From Amoebophrya sp. A120 (lineage: Eukaryota; Protista; Dinoflagellata): a stretch of 64,000 nt of DNA. The translations under genes and the position numbers were made by a program. Shown here piece by piece: positions 25,049-37,268 of the stretch (position 1 is the first letter of the stretch; each line of letters starts with the position of its first letter). The notes beneath the pieces were generated by a model. That model was not told the origin of the DNA. It did no database searches and saw only the letters and a program-made list of their open reading frames with translations. Location: positions 3,306,587 through 3,370,586 of the forward strand of contig CAJINV010000010.1 in assembly GCA_905178155.1 (NCBI GenBank). Direction: 5' to 3'.

Positions 25049-26770
25049 GAAAATTTGCGATGTCATACTCAAGTGGTTCGTCATCTTCTCAAGATTGAGG
25101 TCATATGTCGTAATATTCAGACAAGCACGCAATGGCGATTTGAAAAAAAATTCACGCCTTCCACGCGGTTGTGTTATTTCGAACGAAAGAAGAGAGCACG
25201 AAACCACGAAGGGACGCATAACGAGAGAAATTCAAGATACGATTTCCAGAGCCTCCCGAGAATAAGCCCATATCCCGAGTATGACATATTCCTTTCTAGA
25301 CGAAATGTCGCTGGTTCAAATACCGATTGCACTGCGGAGGAAGTGACCGAATACATAAACCTTTCACAATGTCTTTTGGACGAGTACAGCAAGAGCAACG
25401 ACTACCGACAGAGAAAACCGGGACAGCATGTGACAGCAAGTTTTTTCTCATCCATACTGCAAACAAAATCACAAGGGCATTCCGCCATTATTCATCAGAA
25501 AGATTTCTTGTTGGAAGCCGATGCCGCAGCTCGAACAAGTTCGCTTATGTTTCCGGTGTACCTCGTCTCTTTTGTAAACTGGGGGGTGCTAATGCTAGCT
25601 GCTATCGTGTCATAATTGTCAGAATTACCGTGGTGCCGAGAACTGGCTGCTCGCCTTTATTTTCTTCATGGCGACAGGAGTAAAAGTTGAAAGAAAATAC
25701 GCGGGGTCCACGCATGTTCGTTTCAATTTCTAGAAGGCGCAGCTCAGGTTTCGAAACGCAAAACTTCGAATGCAGGCCCGACGATGTCTCTAGCATGAAT
25801 TCTTGGAGAGGTTTGTTCGGGTTGAAAGGATGTGTTTGCATAGCACAGTCAGATGAAAACAGAAACGCAAGTTATGACACGATATTTAAAACTGCGTCCT
25901 GGCGTGACGCTTTTCGTGCCGAACTTATTTTGTGCACGTTGCGTATATTATAGGAACCTTGACCTTAGGCAAAGAATAAAAGATAAAGAAAGTGAAACTG
26001 GTGGAGCTCAAATAAGTTTTGTTTTGGTGGACGTGGAACAAGATCAAACTGGATAGTATAGCAGCCCTGCTTGATGAAGATGCTGTATGGTTGGAATATC
26101 AAGTGAAGGTACCTCAAGACTCCTCCTTGTTTTCACCTCGAAAAAAGCTAGAAGCTAGCCACGTTTTTCATATGTTGACAAATTTCAATTTGCCAAAATC
26201 AAATAGAAGGCTCGTTGCGCAAAAGAACATTAAAATCGAATCCCTGGGCGACAGAGAAAACATAAAAGCGCTAATCCGAAAAAAAAATTAATTGTAAGAT
26301 GAAAACGACAAATAAAATCCTGAAACCCAAATAAACCCTTGAAGCGCGATAAGGTCGTAGCCATGCATCTCACCCACTTCACGAATTCACCCGGCGGCGC
26401 AACACGGTGTTAATATCAAATTTCTGGCCGGCGTCTTCTTCATTGCACCTCGTCGAGATTTACCTAGTTGTGGTTACTTTTTATTGGTAAGAATTGAGCT
26501 CATAAAATATGGCTGTTTTACTTTTTGCTTGATCTGTCTGAGGCGTTTCTAGTCTTTACTGAAAGTGGAGCTCTCTTTCTCAACGCGACTTCACCACCTC
26601 AACATCAAGAACATGTTGGAGGTGCGCCTACTACTAATTGGAAGGACGCGACTTCATCATCTCAGCGTCAGCATCAACATAAAGAAGCAAAATATAAAAA
26701 CACTTAAATTGAAAGACAGGCTGGCTTTTGAAATAAGTACTTGGCTTCGGCCATCCACTGCTAGCCCCTT

Positions 26771-28050
26771 TCATGGATTTCGATTTGAAGTGGCCTCCTC
26801 ACCCCAGCCTTTGGCACGGGAGAAAACACCACCATCCGCTCGTTCCAGAAATGATGCGGGCGAGGAGCCGGGGGTGTCTGCAGGAGGTCCATCGAAGTGC
26901 GGCCGTTGTTCGCGACAGGCCAGCTTGCAATCTGCGTTTGCCAGCCGGTTACAATAAAAATTTCCACTGCTGTACAGCTCATTGTAGCTACCGCTGCCAC
27001 AGCTGGCCGGGTTCCAATTCAAACTATCATTGCAGAAAACTGTGTCATCATCTGGCAAAGCTTGACCTTCATACATAATCCTTCCAAATGCTGGCCACGA
27101 AGGCCGCCATATTGGCAGCCCCTTCGCGGCCACCGAAATGTCGGGCCCACGCAGTGAATAGCTAAGGCAGGGGCAGCCAGTGGAATGGCCGCCGAACTTC
27201 CTCACACTGCTGTATCGAGGCGCCCAGCTACCTAACATCATGACGAGTGGCGCCACGCCCACGCCATCCAAAAAAGCGCGCGCGCATGAAGTTAGAAAGC
27301 TGCCACCCACAATCCTCGCCGGGCAGGCATGGGCAGGGGCAGGGGCCAGTGCGTCCCGAAGAACGCCACACACAGCCGCCAACCGCGCGCGGCCGGCAAT
27401 GGGGGCGGCGGCGCTCTCCTGCCTTGGGGGGGCGACGGGAAAAAAGGGCCCCCCTCCCTCCGCAACCTTCTTTCGGCTCCGGCAAAGGCACCAGAAACAC
27501 GCTCCAGCAAGGGCATAGTGGAAACAGGCGCGCCGGCCATGCCACAGCACGGGAATGGTCGCCCCATCCGGGGTTCGCCGGCGCCATCTGCATGTCTCAC
27601 AGCTTCTGCGGGCACAACGCCAGTCAAGCGCCTCAGGCTGCGCCCACCTGCCACGCGGCGGTCGGACGCACATGCGCGGCATGGCGACCCGGGCCCCTTA
27701 ACCACCCGCCCCGGCTTTTGATAGTTTGACACAAGCTGCGCGGCCACGCACAGTCGAAACGAGCAACCAAGAATGCCTCGGGCGACATACGCCCACTTTG
27801 CCGGGCGAGTCAAGGTCTGGCCCGGTGCCCACAATCAACGCATGGCGCACCCGCTGGAACCTAAAACGACAAGGAAGGGCCGCGAAAGGGCGCTCCTGAG
27901 CTTGTCGGCGCGCCTGCGTCGTTTTTTCCGAGCGGCCGCGGCACTTCCCGCTGGATTTGTTTGATCATGGCAAGAAAACAGGCCCGCCACTTTGCGGCGC
28001 TTCCATATGAAAAAACCGCTCCACGCCGCCAGACTTCTCCCGGGCAGATG
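26771..28050 (-). pseudogene. Degenerate GT32-like paralog, copy 2
   Basis: KFGGHSTGCPCLSYSLRGPD...SYNELYSSGNFYCN; diverged duplicate of 21089-22500. Confidence 0.35.
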
Positions 28051-28579
28051 CAGATACGCAGGCGATTTATAAAAAGAATTGCGTGTGCGCTTCTTAAGGT
28101 GAGCGGGAAAAGCCCTCCCGGATACTGCCAAGTAGTCCAAGAAGGTAAGAATATCTGCAGAGGTGTGGAACACTTCTGCGCAAAAGATGACGCTTCGCCG
28201 CCCGTTTTAGCAGTGACCGGCCACCCGGTGGGAGTTTGCCTTTGGCGCCTCCTCTTGCCGCAAGCATTCAAGGGCAAATGCCATTTTTACCACCTAGTCC
28301 ATGGCTCTCGCCCTAACCCCCGACCAACCACCTGGCAACCCCTTCTCCTCCGGTGGTCGCCAGGCGTCGTACTGGATTACAGAGCAACCGGCCAAGAAGG
28401 CCAGACCGCAGAACCCGAGGGCCCCGCAGGTATACGAGATCCTCCGAGCGCCATGCCCAACCGGAGTTTTACCGCACCTTGCTTGATCAACATCAGCCTG
28501 CGCCGGTGTGGGGTGCGATAATAAAAAGAAAGCTGCCAGAACTCAAGACACACAAGCTTTCTTTGTCCCGACACGACAT

Positions 28580-30683
28580 TTATTTTCTGCAATACGCCTC
28601 TCCTCCCCGGAAGTGGTGGACGGCGTAGAACTTGTCTGCAGGTATGGCGCCCTCAGATTTGGCAATACTCGAGCGTGAAACTTTCGTCATGCCACACACC
28701 CCCGCTGTCGGGAGCGCATGGACAAAAACATGATCTCAGAGAGCTTGGCGCGCGAATCGGTGCAGTCCTGCGCCAGTCCCGGCGTATCTCTTCTGGCTGT
28801 AGCTTTACACTACAGTAAGAAGGGCCAAGTGCCGCGCTTGCCCCGCAGCGCTTGCCGCGGAAAGTGGTTCTCACATACAAGGCAAGCGGACGCCCAAGTG
28901 GGCGACTTAAAGATTCCTTGCTACGCCGCCCCGAGCCAGCACGTTGTCCATATTTACTAATCATGAAGAGTCTTTTTTCTGACGCAAAGCAACGTTTCAT
29001 AACTGAAGTTGCCAAAGCTGAAGAGGCCATATCACCATGCGCTTCCTGATCCCATCCAAGCAGCACACCCTGTGGAGAAAGGTCCAAATACTGTGTGCTC
29101 CGCGTGGTGTCTGGCCAGTGCTGTTCAATCAAGAGGTCCGTAAGCTTCGCCACTGCACTTTCACTGTACCGATGGCCATAATCGCTCCAATCACCGAAGT
29201 TCACCGTTTGCAAATCGGCCTCGAGCGCCGTGCGGTCGCAGCCGGAGCCGGACGACTCGCTTCCGCGGGCAGCCAGCACGTCACCGAAATGCTCGCTCGC
29301 CCAGGGTTCATGTAGCATAACGAAAAATCGCTCGGAGCCCCCAGCTCGGTCAGCCGATTTCAGTGGCATTGGGAACGAGCCGCTGGCGTCGTGCACACAG
29401 CGCGGGAGGAATCTCTTTCTGAAGCACTCATGCCGAAGCAGTCCATCGAGGAAAGCCCCCGGCCCAGTTGTGTCTAGATCCGCGTGGCCCGCGCAGTCGT
29501 CCGTGTGCCCTCTGAACCCAGTCATCACATTCTGAATTTCCTGCTGCATCACATAAAGAAGTGCGGGGTTGCGAGGGTAAGTCGCGAAGAAGGCGCCCTG
29601 CACCTTTCCTCTTCGTGGTCTCTGGCCACATCCGTGCCCGTACGGTGCAATTGCGCCAGCATCCAAGCACATTCCGATGTCCCCTTCTTGCAAAAGAACA
29701 TCTGCTTTTGGTGCGCGTGATGTTGTGCTCAGTGCCGCACTGCCATCAAGTGAGTTCCCCTCCGTCGTATATGTGTCTGTCGCCCCTGATGCCCCGAAAA
29801 GAGCATCTAAAACAGGGAATAATAGAGGGCGGGGTCGGTCCACTGCAACAGAAGCTTTCGTCGAAGAATTTCGGGTTTGTATTTCTTGTTCGCGTGGGCG
29901 CACCATGCTCGGGGCCTCAGTCTTGGCGTCAAAATACGTTCCGCCGCAGAAATACACTATCGCCATCCGAAACAAGTCCGCACGCGATGTCCAGGAGTTC
30001 AAGTTCTCAAACGCCGACAGAAGAGTCTGGTTGGCATTCCGCAGTTGCAGGAGCCCCTCTTCATGCAAAAAATCCGACAGCAGCTCCACTGCGCGCCATG
30101 CTGCTTCGTGGTCAAAATGCCGCACGCCGAAAGGCAGGCCGTCGCCTGCAGCTTGGGCGGTTTGGTTGTTCCATTCGCCAAACAAACCAGGAAACATTGC
30201 TTCCGCGTCTTCCCGGGAAAGGGAATCTGGGGCGTCATTGGGGGCCATCGTGAAAACATTTGTACGAGGCAGAACACGTCCGGCTTGTTGTTTCTCCAGA
30301 TTTGCACCTGAATTCGGGCACATGGCCTCTAGAGTCAGGGCGCCAGCGCTCACTGAAACGTAGGGAGACACAGGCTCCCAGACCTCCAACGTAGAAACAA
30401 GAATTGGGGCGGTAGCGTTCACGGAAACGTGCCGAAGTTGTACGGGCCCCCGATGCTCCGATACAGGACCGGGTGGTGTGATATCGGGACCGCGGTGCAA
30501 CCTTCGCCTGGTTTGAATCGCGATGCCGTGCTGCTTCCGTGCATCTGTCAAATTTGCGATTCCGAAGAGTAAAGCTGGTTTGACGAAGACCTTTCGTATC
30601 GGAAGACGCTCTTGTCGTCGCTCAGACTCCCGGGAGCGCCGATCCGCAGAAACTGTAACACTCGACTGCGCCATGCTGTTCAT
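28580..30683 (-). CDS. GT32/DXD-type glycosyltransferase, copy 2
   Basis: Near-identical to copy 1, with the same motifs and the same introner (28643-29031). Confidence 0.8.
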
Positions 30684-33600
30684 CAAACCTTCTTCGAGCA
30701 AGTCGCGTACTATACACCGGCTCCGCAAAGGGGATTCAAACAGAACCGAGCGCACGGCTGTAATTGACTCCACCTCTGTCCTCCTTAGCTGCAGTAAGAT
30801 GATGCTGATGATTGAGAGTGACTAGACAATACGAATACTAATTAAACGCTGCAAAGCTACAGGAGTAGTTAGATTCAATCATTGGAGAGTTCGCGTCTAA
30901 AAGGGATACTCACACGAAATTCTGAGTGCGAAGGGGTGCTTCGTCACTTCATTTGTTGTGGTTCGTGTTCCTGTGAAAATTTGCGATGTCATACTCAAGT
31001 GGTTCGTCATCTTCTCAAGATTGAGGTCATATGTCGTAATATTCAGACAAGCACGCAATGGCGATTTGAAAAAAAATTCACGCCTTCCACGCGGTTGTGT
31101 TATTTCGAACGAAAGAAGAGAGCACGAAACCACGAAGGGACGCATAACGAGAGAAATTCAAGATACGATTTCCAGAGCCTCCCGAGAATAAGCCCATATC
31201 CCGAGTATGACATATTCCTTTCTAGACGAAATGTCGCTGGTTCAAATACCGATTGCACTGCGGAGGAAGTGACCGAATACATAAACCTTTCACAATGTCT
31301 TTTGGACGAGTACAGCAAGAGCAACGACTACCGACAGAGAAAACCGGGACAGCATGTGACAGCAAGTTTTTTCTCATCCATACTGCAAACAAAATCACAA
31401 GGGCATTCCGCCATTATTCATCAGAAAGATTTCTTGTTGGAAGCCGATGCCGCAGTTCGAAGTTCGGTTATGTTTCCTGTGTGCCTCGTCTCTTTTGTAA
31501 ACTGGGGGGGGTGAAAATGCTAGCTGCTATCGTGTCATAATTTTCAGAATTACCGTGGTGCCGAGATCTGGCTGCACGCCTTTTCTTCATGGCGACAGGA
31601 GTAAAAGTTAAAAGAAAATGCGCGGGGTCTACGCATGTTCGTTTCAATTTCTAGAAGGCGCAGCTCAGGTGCATTCGAAACGCAAAACTCCGAATGCAGG
31701 CCCGACGACGTCTCTGGCTGTATGTCTCCTTGGATTCTTGGAGAGGTTTGTTCGGGAAAGAATGTGTTTGCATACCACAGTCAGATGAAAACAGAAACGC
31801 AACTTATTATAATGCCATATTCAAAACTGCGTCCTGGCTTCTCGACGCTTTGTTTCGTGCGGAAGTTATTTTGTGCAAGTCCAAGTTCCTCTCAGGAACC
31901 TTGACCTTAGTTAGGCAAAGAATAAAAGAAACAGAAAGTGAAACGGGTTGAGCTCAAATAACTTTTGTTCTGGTCGACGTGGAGCTCTAATGGATACAAG
32001 ATTAAACTGGATAGTTTAGCAGCCCTGCTTGATGAAGATGCCGTATAAAACGTACTATTATGTCAGTGCCGAGGAAGAGGCCGAAATCGGAAAACTCTGT
32101 TGCTCTTTATTTGCTGGTGTTCGGAGACGTTCGTGGCAGGGGTAGCTGCTGGTTGTGCAGCGGCTGCTGGTTGCTCTTGTGCTGCAGCTGCTGGTTGTGC
32201 ACCGGAAGCTCTTGATAATGATCCACTTCTGCGCCCGCTCTCCCTCAACCCCGCCGCACTGGGTTTTATGAAAAGCAATATTGTCCCCGCCATTAAATTT
32301 TTCCTTGTTTTTGTATTTCATGATGAGTCGTAGGCGAAGTGAGTGGACGTGGTTCTCGTCGTCGTCCCGATGCACTTCGTATACATAAATAAGGATAATT
32401 GGCTGCTCAACAAATCGCAGTGTTTTCTCACCACCGGATCTTCAGATATCCGAGCAATAAAAGCGCCGACCAGCACCACGACACCAAGCTACCACATATT
32501 CGCACTCGCAGGTATTGCTTTATTCAAATTGATTGATGCGTGGTCTATCTGAAGTGGAGTGACGGTGACCATATCTTCATGGTTGAGATTGGGGGATTAT
32601 TTTGGGTGGGCAAAGCAAATTTAATTGGCGGAGCCGCATAACAGAGTTTGCATTCCGTAGGTGTGCTTCGGTATTAAGAACAAATTTTCCCAAGTCAATC
32701 ATTCCCAGGCCGCCGGCTCCAGACGACGCGTTTACCTTTTCGTTTTCCGTGATATCGCCTGTCATAAAGATCGGCGGTTGGAATATCAAGTAAAGGTACT
32801 TTAAGGTTTCCGCCAGCCAAAAAGACTCCTCCTTGTCATCCTTCGTGTATGGCGCTTCGACTTTTGAGCTCGCGTAGCCGTGCTCCGCCTTGGCAAACTG
32901 CTTGAACGCCGAAAAAATTTTCCAAGCATAGTTTTGGTAGTAGGTTCGGGACCGAGAGAGGTTTGTTGGAGCAGGGGGTGAAGACGCTCTTGCACCTGAA
33001 GCCGCCTGCGAAAGGTCTTCCCAATGAGGAAATGAAATCATAGGCTCGTCCGTCGTGACGGAATCCAAGAAAAAAACCGGGTCTTCGATGAATGAATTTC
33101 CACTCTTGCACGCCAAGCTCTAGAAAATGGACATACTGGTACACAGAAGATGTTCATGTGTCTCTGTCTGTTTATCGAAAATGGAATGAATAACATGCTC
33201 AGATCAAATCTGGGATGTGGGAAACAAAATTACCGTGCTTCGATCAGCGCGATCGCCTGTCATATTACGTACTAGCTCTGTAAATGTTTGGCTAAGCGCG
33301 GCGTAAACAAGTTTTCCTCTACGGTTTTTTTATTCCTGGTTCCAAGCAATATGAATATGATCGGTATTGATGCATAGATGAGTACATATCATTGCATCAT
33401 TTTTATTTTTGGTTTTCCGCGGCTTCGCACCACTACAATGTCGAAAACCACAAATCGTCAACCGCGAGTTTTTTGTTTTCGTTCGATAGATGTCCACGTC
33501 GAAGTAGTAAAAGTAAAATAGGCTTTCCAGAATTTCCGGTCGCAACTGGTTTTTCCCGTCCACAATCTGCATGCCATTACCACCAGCGCCAGTTGCTTTC

Positions 33601-36600
33601 TGGCCACCCTGGACGAAGCGCACCACCTCCGGCGCCAGGAATCGCTGGTCTGCGTCGTGGAAGGCCAGGCAGGTACGCATCAGGTGCTTCGCAGTATGCA
33701 GAAAGTGATTGAACTCTTCGAGGTCGGCCAAAAAGCCGGCTCGCACAAGAAACGGAACTCTCCTAGCTCCTTCCCACGGTTCGGTGATATTTCCGTCCAT
33801 TGGCCTTGGTGCTGCAATTTGCGATGGATGTCTTTGTACTTGCGGCTCAGTGCCGTACAGTCCCAAAACCATCATTCCGGGAACATAGCAGCCCAAGTGC
33901 TGCATAGTGCTAGCGCCCGGCGTGTCGGCGAGGTAGTAAAAGGTTTGCTTCTGCGTACCGCTGGTTGCAGTTTCGGAAAGCAAGTCTGGGATTGGCCTCA
34001 ACAACTGGCTTCGCATCGCCCGCATGGAATCCACCCATTTTATTCTGACGCAAAACGTCCCCCCCCCCCGCCTAGTCGAAAATTGAAAACAGAAGCACCG
34101 ACGGCAGCAGCACGCGGCTTGAAGGTACTGCTTGCAATTTGCGTGTGCCTAGGTAGCTGGTGCTTCTCATCATACATGTGACCCTGTGCTGCTATCACGA
34201 GGCTCCTCGATGGAACTCTCGAACCATATCTATCTCGGGTCGCAACTTAAACTTGTCATAGTACCGAGGGAGCCGGAATAAAGCTTTGAACGATGTCTAC
34301 TCACTACTTGCACCCTTCTCTGATTGATGTAAGAACTCATTCTGAATTGTAGTGGGCGTGGGGCAACGTTTTCAAACAGGATACAGATATGCAGGTAGTC
34401 ATTTTTGCGCGCCGAGGACGAGAATGTGGTCTCCTCGCCTTCACCACCCACATCTGTATGGCGTTCTCAACTGGAACTGTTACACCCTCAACTGCTGCAT
34501 GAATTTGTGACGCAAGAATGGCAAAAGTGAAAGGGAGGGGCTTGCGCGTGCTGCATGACAGATTTGGTACAGATTTAGACGCTGCTTAGCCCATCGAGAG
34601 TTTGTCAGGCGAAGCAGCTTGGTCGTCGGGTGCGGTGGCTCATGGTTGTTTTGCATGGCAAATCATGTGGCAATTGAGAATGGAACGTTTGAGAACGCCA
34701 TAATTTGCGCCGCCACCGTCTGGGTTTGCTACCAGCCACGCTTTCAGCAGGTACTCGTAGTAACTGTCCGTGCCCGCAGATATGGTCGGCTCCCCGTTGA
34801 AGCGAAAGAGCGTCGTGTGAATGGACGACGCATTTCGTGCGGTGGGCTGAAAACCCCCGATGGTCGAAGAAAACGGGCCGGGCCGAATCTCGCTTGTAGG
34901 GTGCAGCATCCTTCCGGGAAGCTCGTTCCGGCGGCCGGATCGATGCACAAATTGCTGAACTTCCGCACTTATCAGCAGCAAATGCGCCAGCGTCCGGAAA
35001 ACTGAATGCGCGATGTATATAGATCTGCTTTGCATAGCATGACCAAAAGTTTATTTCTTCCAAAAAATAAAAAAAAATGTAAGTACAACAATGAGCACCA
35101 TGCGCTCTACGCATGAGAAACGGGCTGAAAAATGTGTCGTGCTTCGATGCGCTTGGAGGTGTGTTGCGAAATGCCCTCCACCACTACAGGTTTCCGAACC
35201 GCCCCGGGGTCATTTGCATTGCATATCGCTGATATCCTGCATCAAGCGCTCGGCTTTGGCCGCAAGCTCCCAGGATTGCAGCACAGCCGCTGCGTCCTGA
35301 AACTCGAGAATATTCGACCCCGCCTCCGCCAGGCCGAGGTTGGTCCGCCCTCCGGAGCTTTGCTGCGTGCCGTTGTTTGGAATCCCCAGACTGACTTCAC
35401 CGCGCACGAAATACGATACGGCTCCAAATGTGCCGCCATTATGTTGACGCTCGCCACCGCCTGGCGGTGCAAATTGGACAAAAGCGGGTTGCAACTTCAC
35501 TGTGGTGTCCCGGATCAGATCCTCAAAGCAGGCGCTATAGTCTCGCTGACGGTATATTCCTCGATTCGCATTCACACTAGTCGTGGGCACATCAAAAAGT
35601 TCATCATTTTGTTCTCTTTCTTGTTTCTCGACAACAGCAAAACTGCTTTTGGATTTGGAACTCGAAGTTATGCTGCCATAGAAACTGTTGCTCCCAGTGT
35701 TTGCCGCCCTGCCGTACCACTGCCCCAGTTGCTGTTCTCGCTGCAGCTGCCAAATGTAGTTATCCACAGCAAACATCGATCTGGGTCTGGAGTTGACGTC
35801 AGATACAGGCGTCGTATAACACACGATGTATGCAGCAGTGCGTGGCACAGAAGCACAGGTTCTTCTGCAGCTGCGCTTTCAGAAAGCTGCAAAAGCAAAT
35901 GCAACAATTCCTCCGTACTATACAAACTTATTTTTCATGTCCGCGACAACAACTAGCCACGTTTTGCTACTTACTCACGCAAGACAAATATTTGCACAGG
36001 CGGCGCCGTGGCCGAAAACAACAACATTGCATTTCTCCACACCCGGACATCATATTTGGTGCAATGCGTAGTGGTAGGCGCCGAGCAACCCGCCCAGTCT
36101 GCGAATCGTGGTTTCAAAGAAAGACACTGCAACGTCGGTGTTTGAGTAGTGGAGCAGCAAAACCCTTCCGTCACCGTTGCACAAGTATTCCAGGGCTGCG
36201 TCGACGTGCTTCGCAAGCTGAACTTCTTTCATTTCGACCTTGGTCGTGGCATTATGAAGCCCAGCAGCTGCTTGATCGGGCGGCTGGTGGTCTATTTCCT
36301 GGCGAGAAGAAGACGTCAACAGTATTCCGACAAAAAATTTCCAATCCCGTTTTAGAGATGATGTGACTTGTCCTGCGCACAGATTTTCGAAAACTTCACC
36401 GCCTCTGCATGACAAGTGCTTGCTTTTACATCGACTGTAATCACGCTAGAAATAGCACGACCGACTAATGATCAACTTCGACATGATGATTAAAGCATTA
36501 CAAAATCTCAAACTTCTACCACTACCTGCTTTCTAACATCGTCTTTTAAAAATTGCCTTCGCATGATGTTCACATTGGCGATCCGCATCATGAGACACTT

Positions 36601-37268
36601 CCTGCAGGTACAGATAAAGCAGACGCGAGTCACCAAGGGTAGGGATTGAGATGTATTCAAAGAAGATAGGCAGCAACGTGTCGAGACCATCGACAAGAAA
36701 TGCCAAAGAAAAGTCCCAGTCTTTTGGTGACCCCGAGACCGGTCCGGCTTATCCCAATGAAAGAAACCGATCATCCCCCGCCCGAAATATGAAAGCAGGT
36801 TTGTTGACCTGCACCACATAATCAACCGTGGCCATCAGCTGCAAACGCCGAGAGCCCAAATCCAAAACAACCAACAGCGAAGCTGCAGACTAAGATTTTA
36901 TCTGAGAAAAACGGGGACGCGGAGCGTCTTGCCGGGCAGACATATTAAAATCATAAGTTCACCATACTCAGTGACGGACATACACGTCGTGCAAGTGCAG
37001 GTGGGGTGCATCTGCATCGAACAACTACTACTTAAACTTTCACTTTTCGTCTGCGTCTGCCTCAGTGTCAATTATTATTTTAGTACTACTGGCGCAACAT
37101 TACACATTCATCAGTAACTACAACACATACCAACATTCCTATTGGCTGGGGCTGGCTCCGTGAGAAAATAAAGGCACTTTCTGTCCTGGCGGGCGGCGCG
37201 GGCGAGGCACAACGATCGGTGTAGTAGTATTCATTTCCCTTTGATACGACCTCGTCGCGATTCAGAGT

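Larger units (their letters stand above)
21050..32045 (+). repeat. Tandem segmental duplication: ~21050-26090 and ~26735-32045 (core offset 5926 bp)
   Basis: Duplicated ORF sets in the track. The core ~22815-25529 looks identical by eye, while the flanks are visibly diverged with indels. Confidence 0.95.

Noticed and set aside
24956-25615. 219-aa plus-strand ORF (duplicated at 30882-31514)
   Set aside because: It overlaps the conserved upstream motif region, has no recognisable domain, and the two copies end differently.
26355-26365. CGTAGCCAT resembling the dinoflagellate spliced leader
   Set aside because: Only 9 nt, lacks TTTGGCTCAAG, and is on the opposite strand to the genes.
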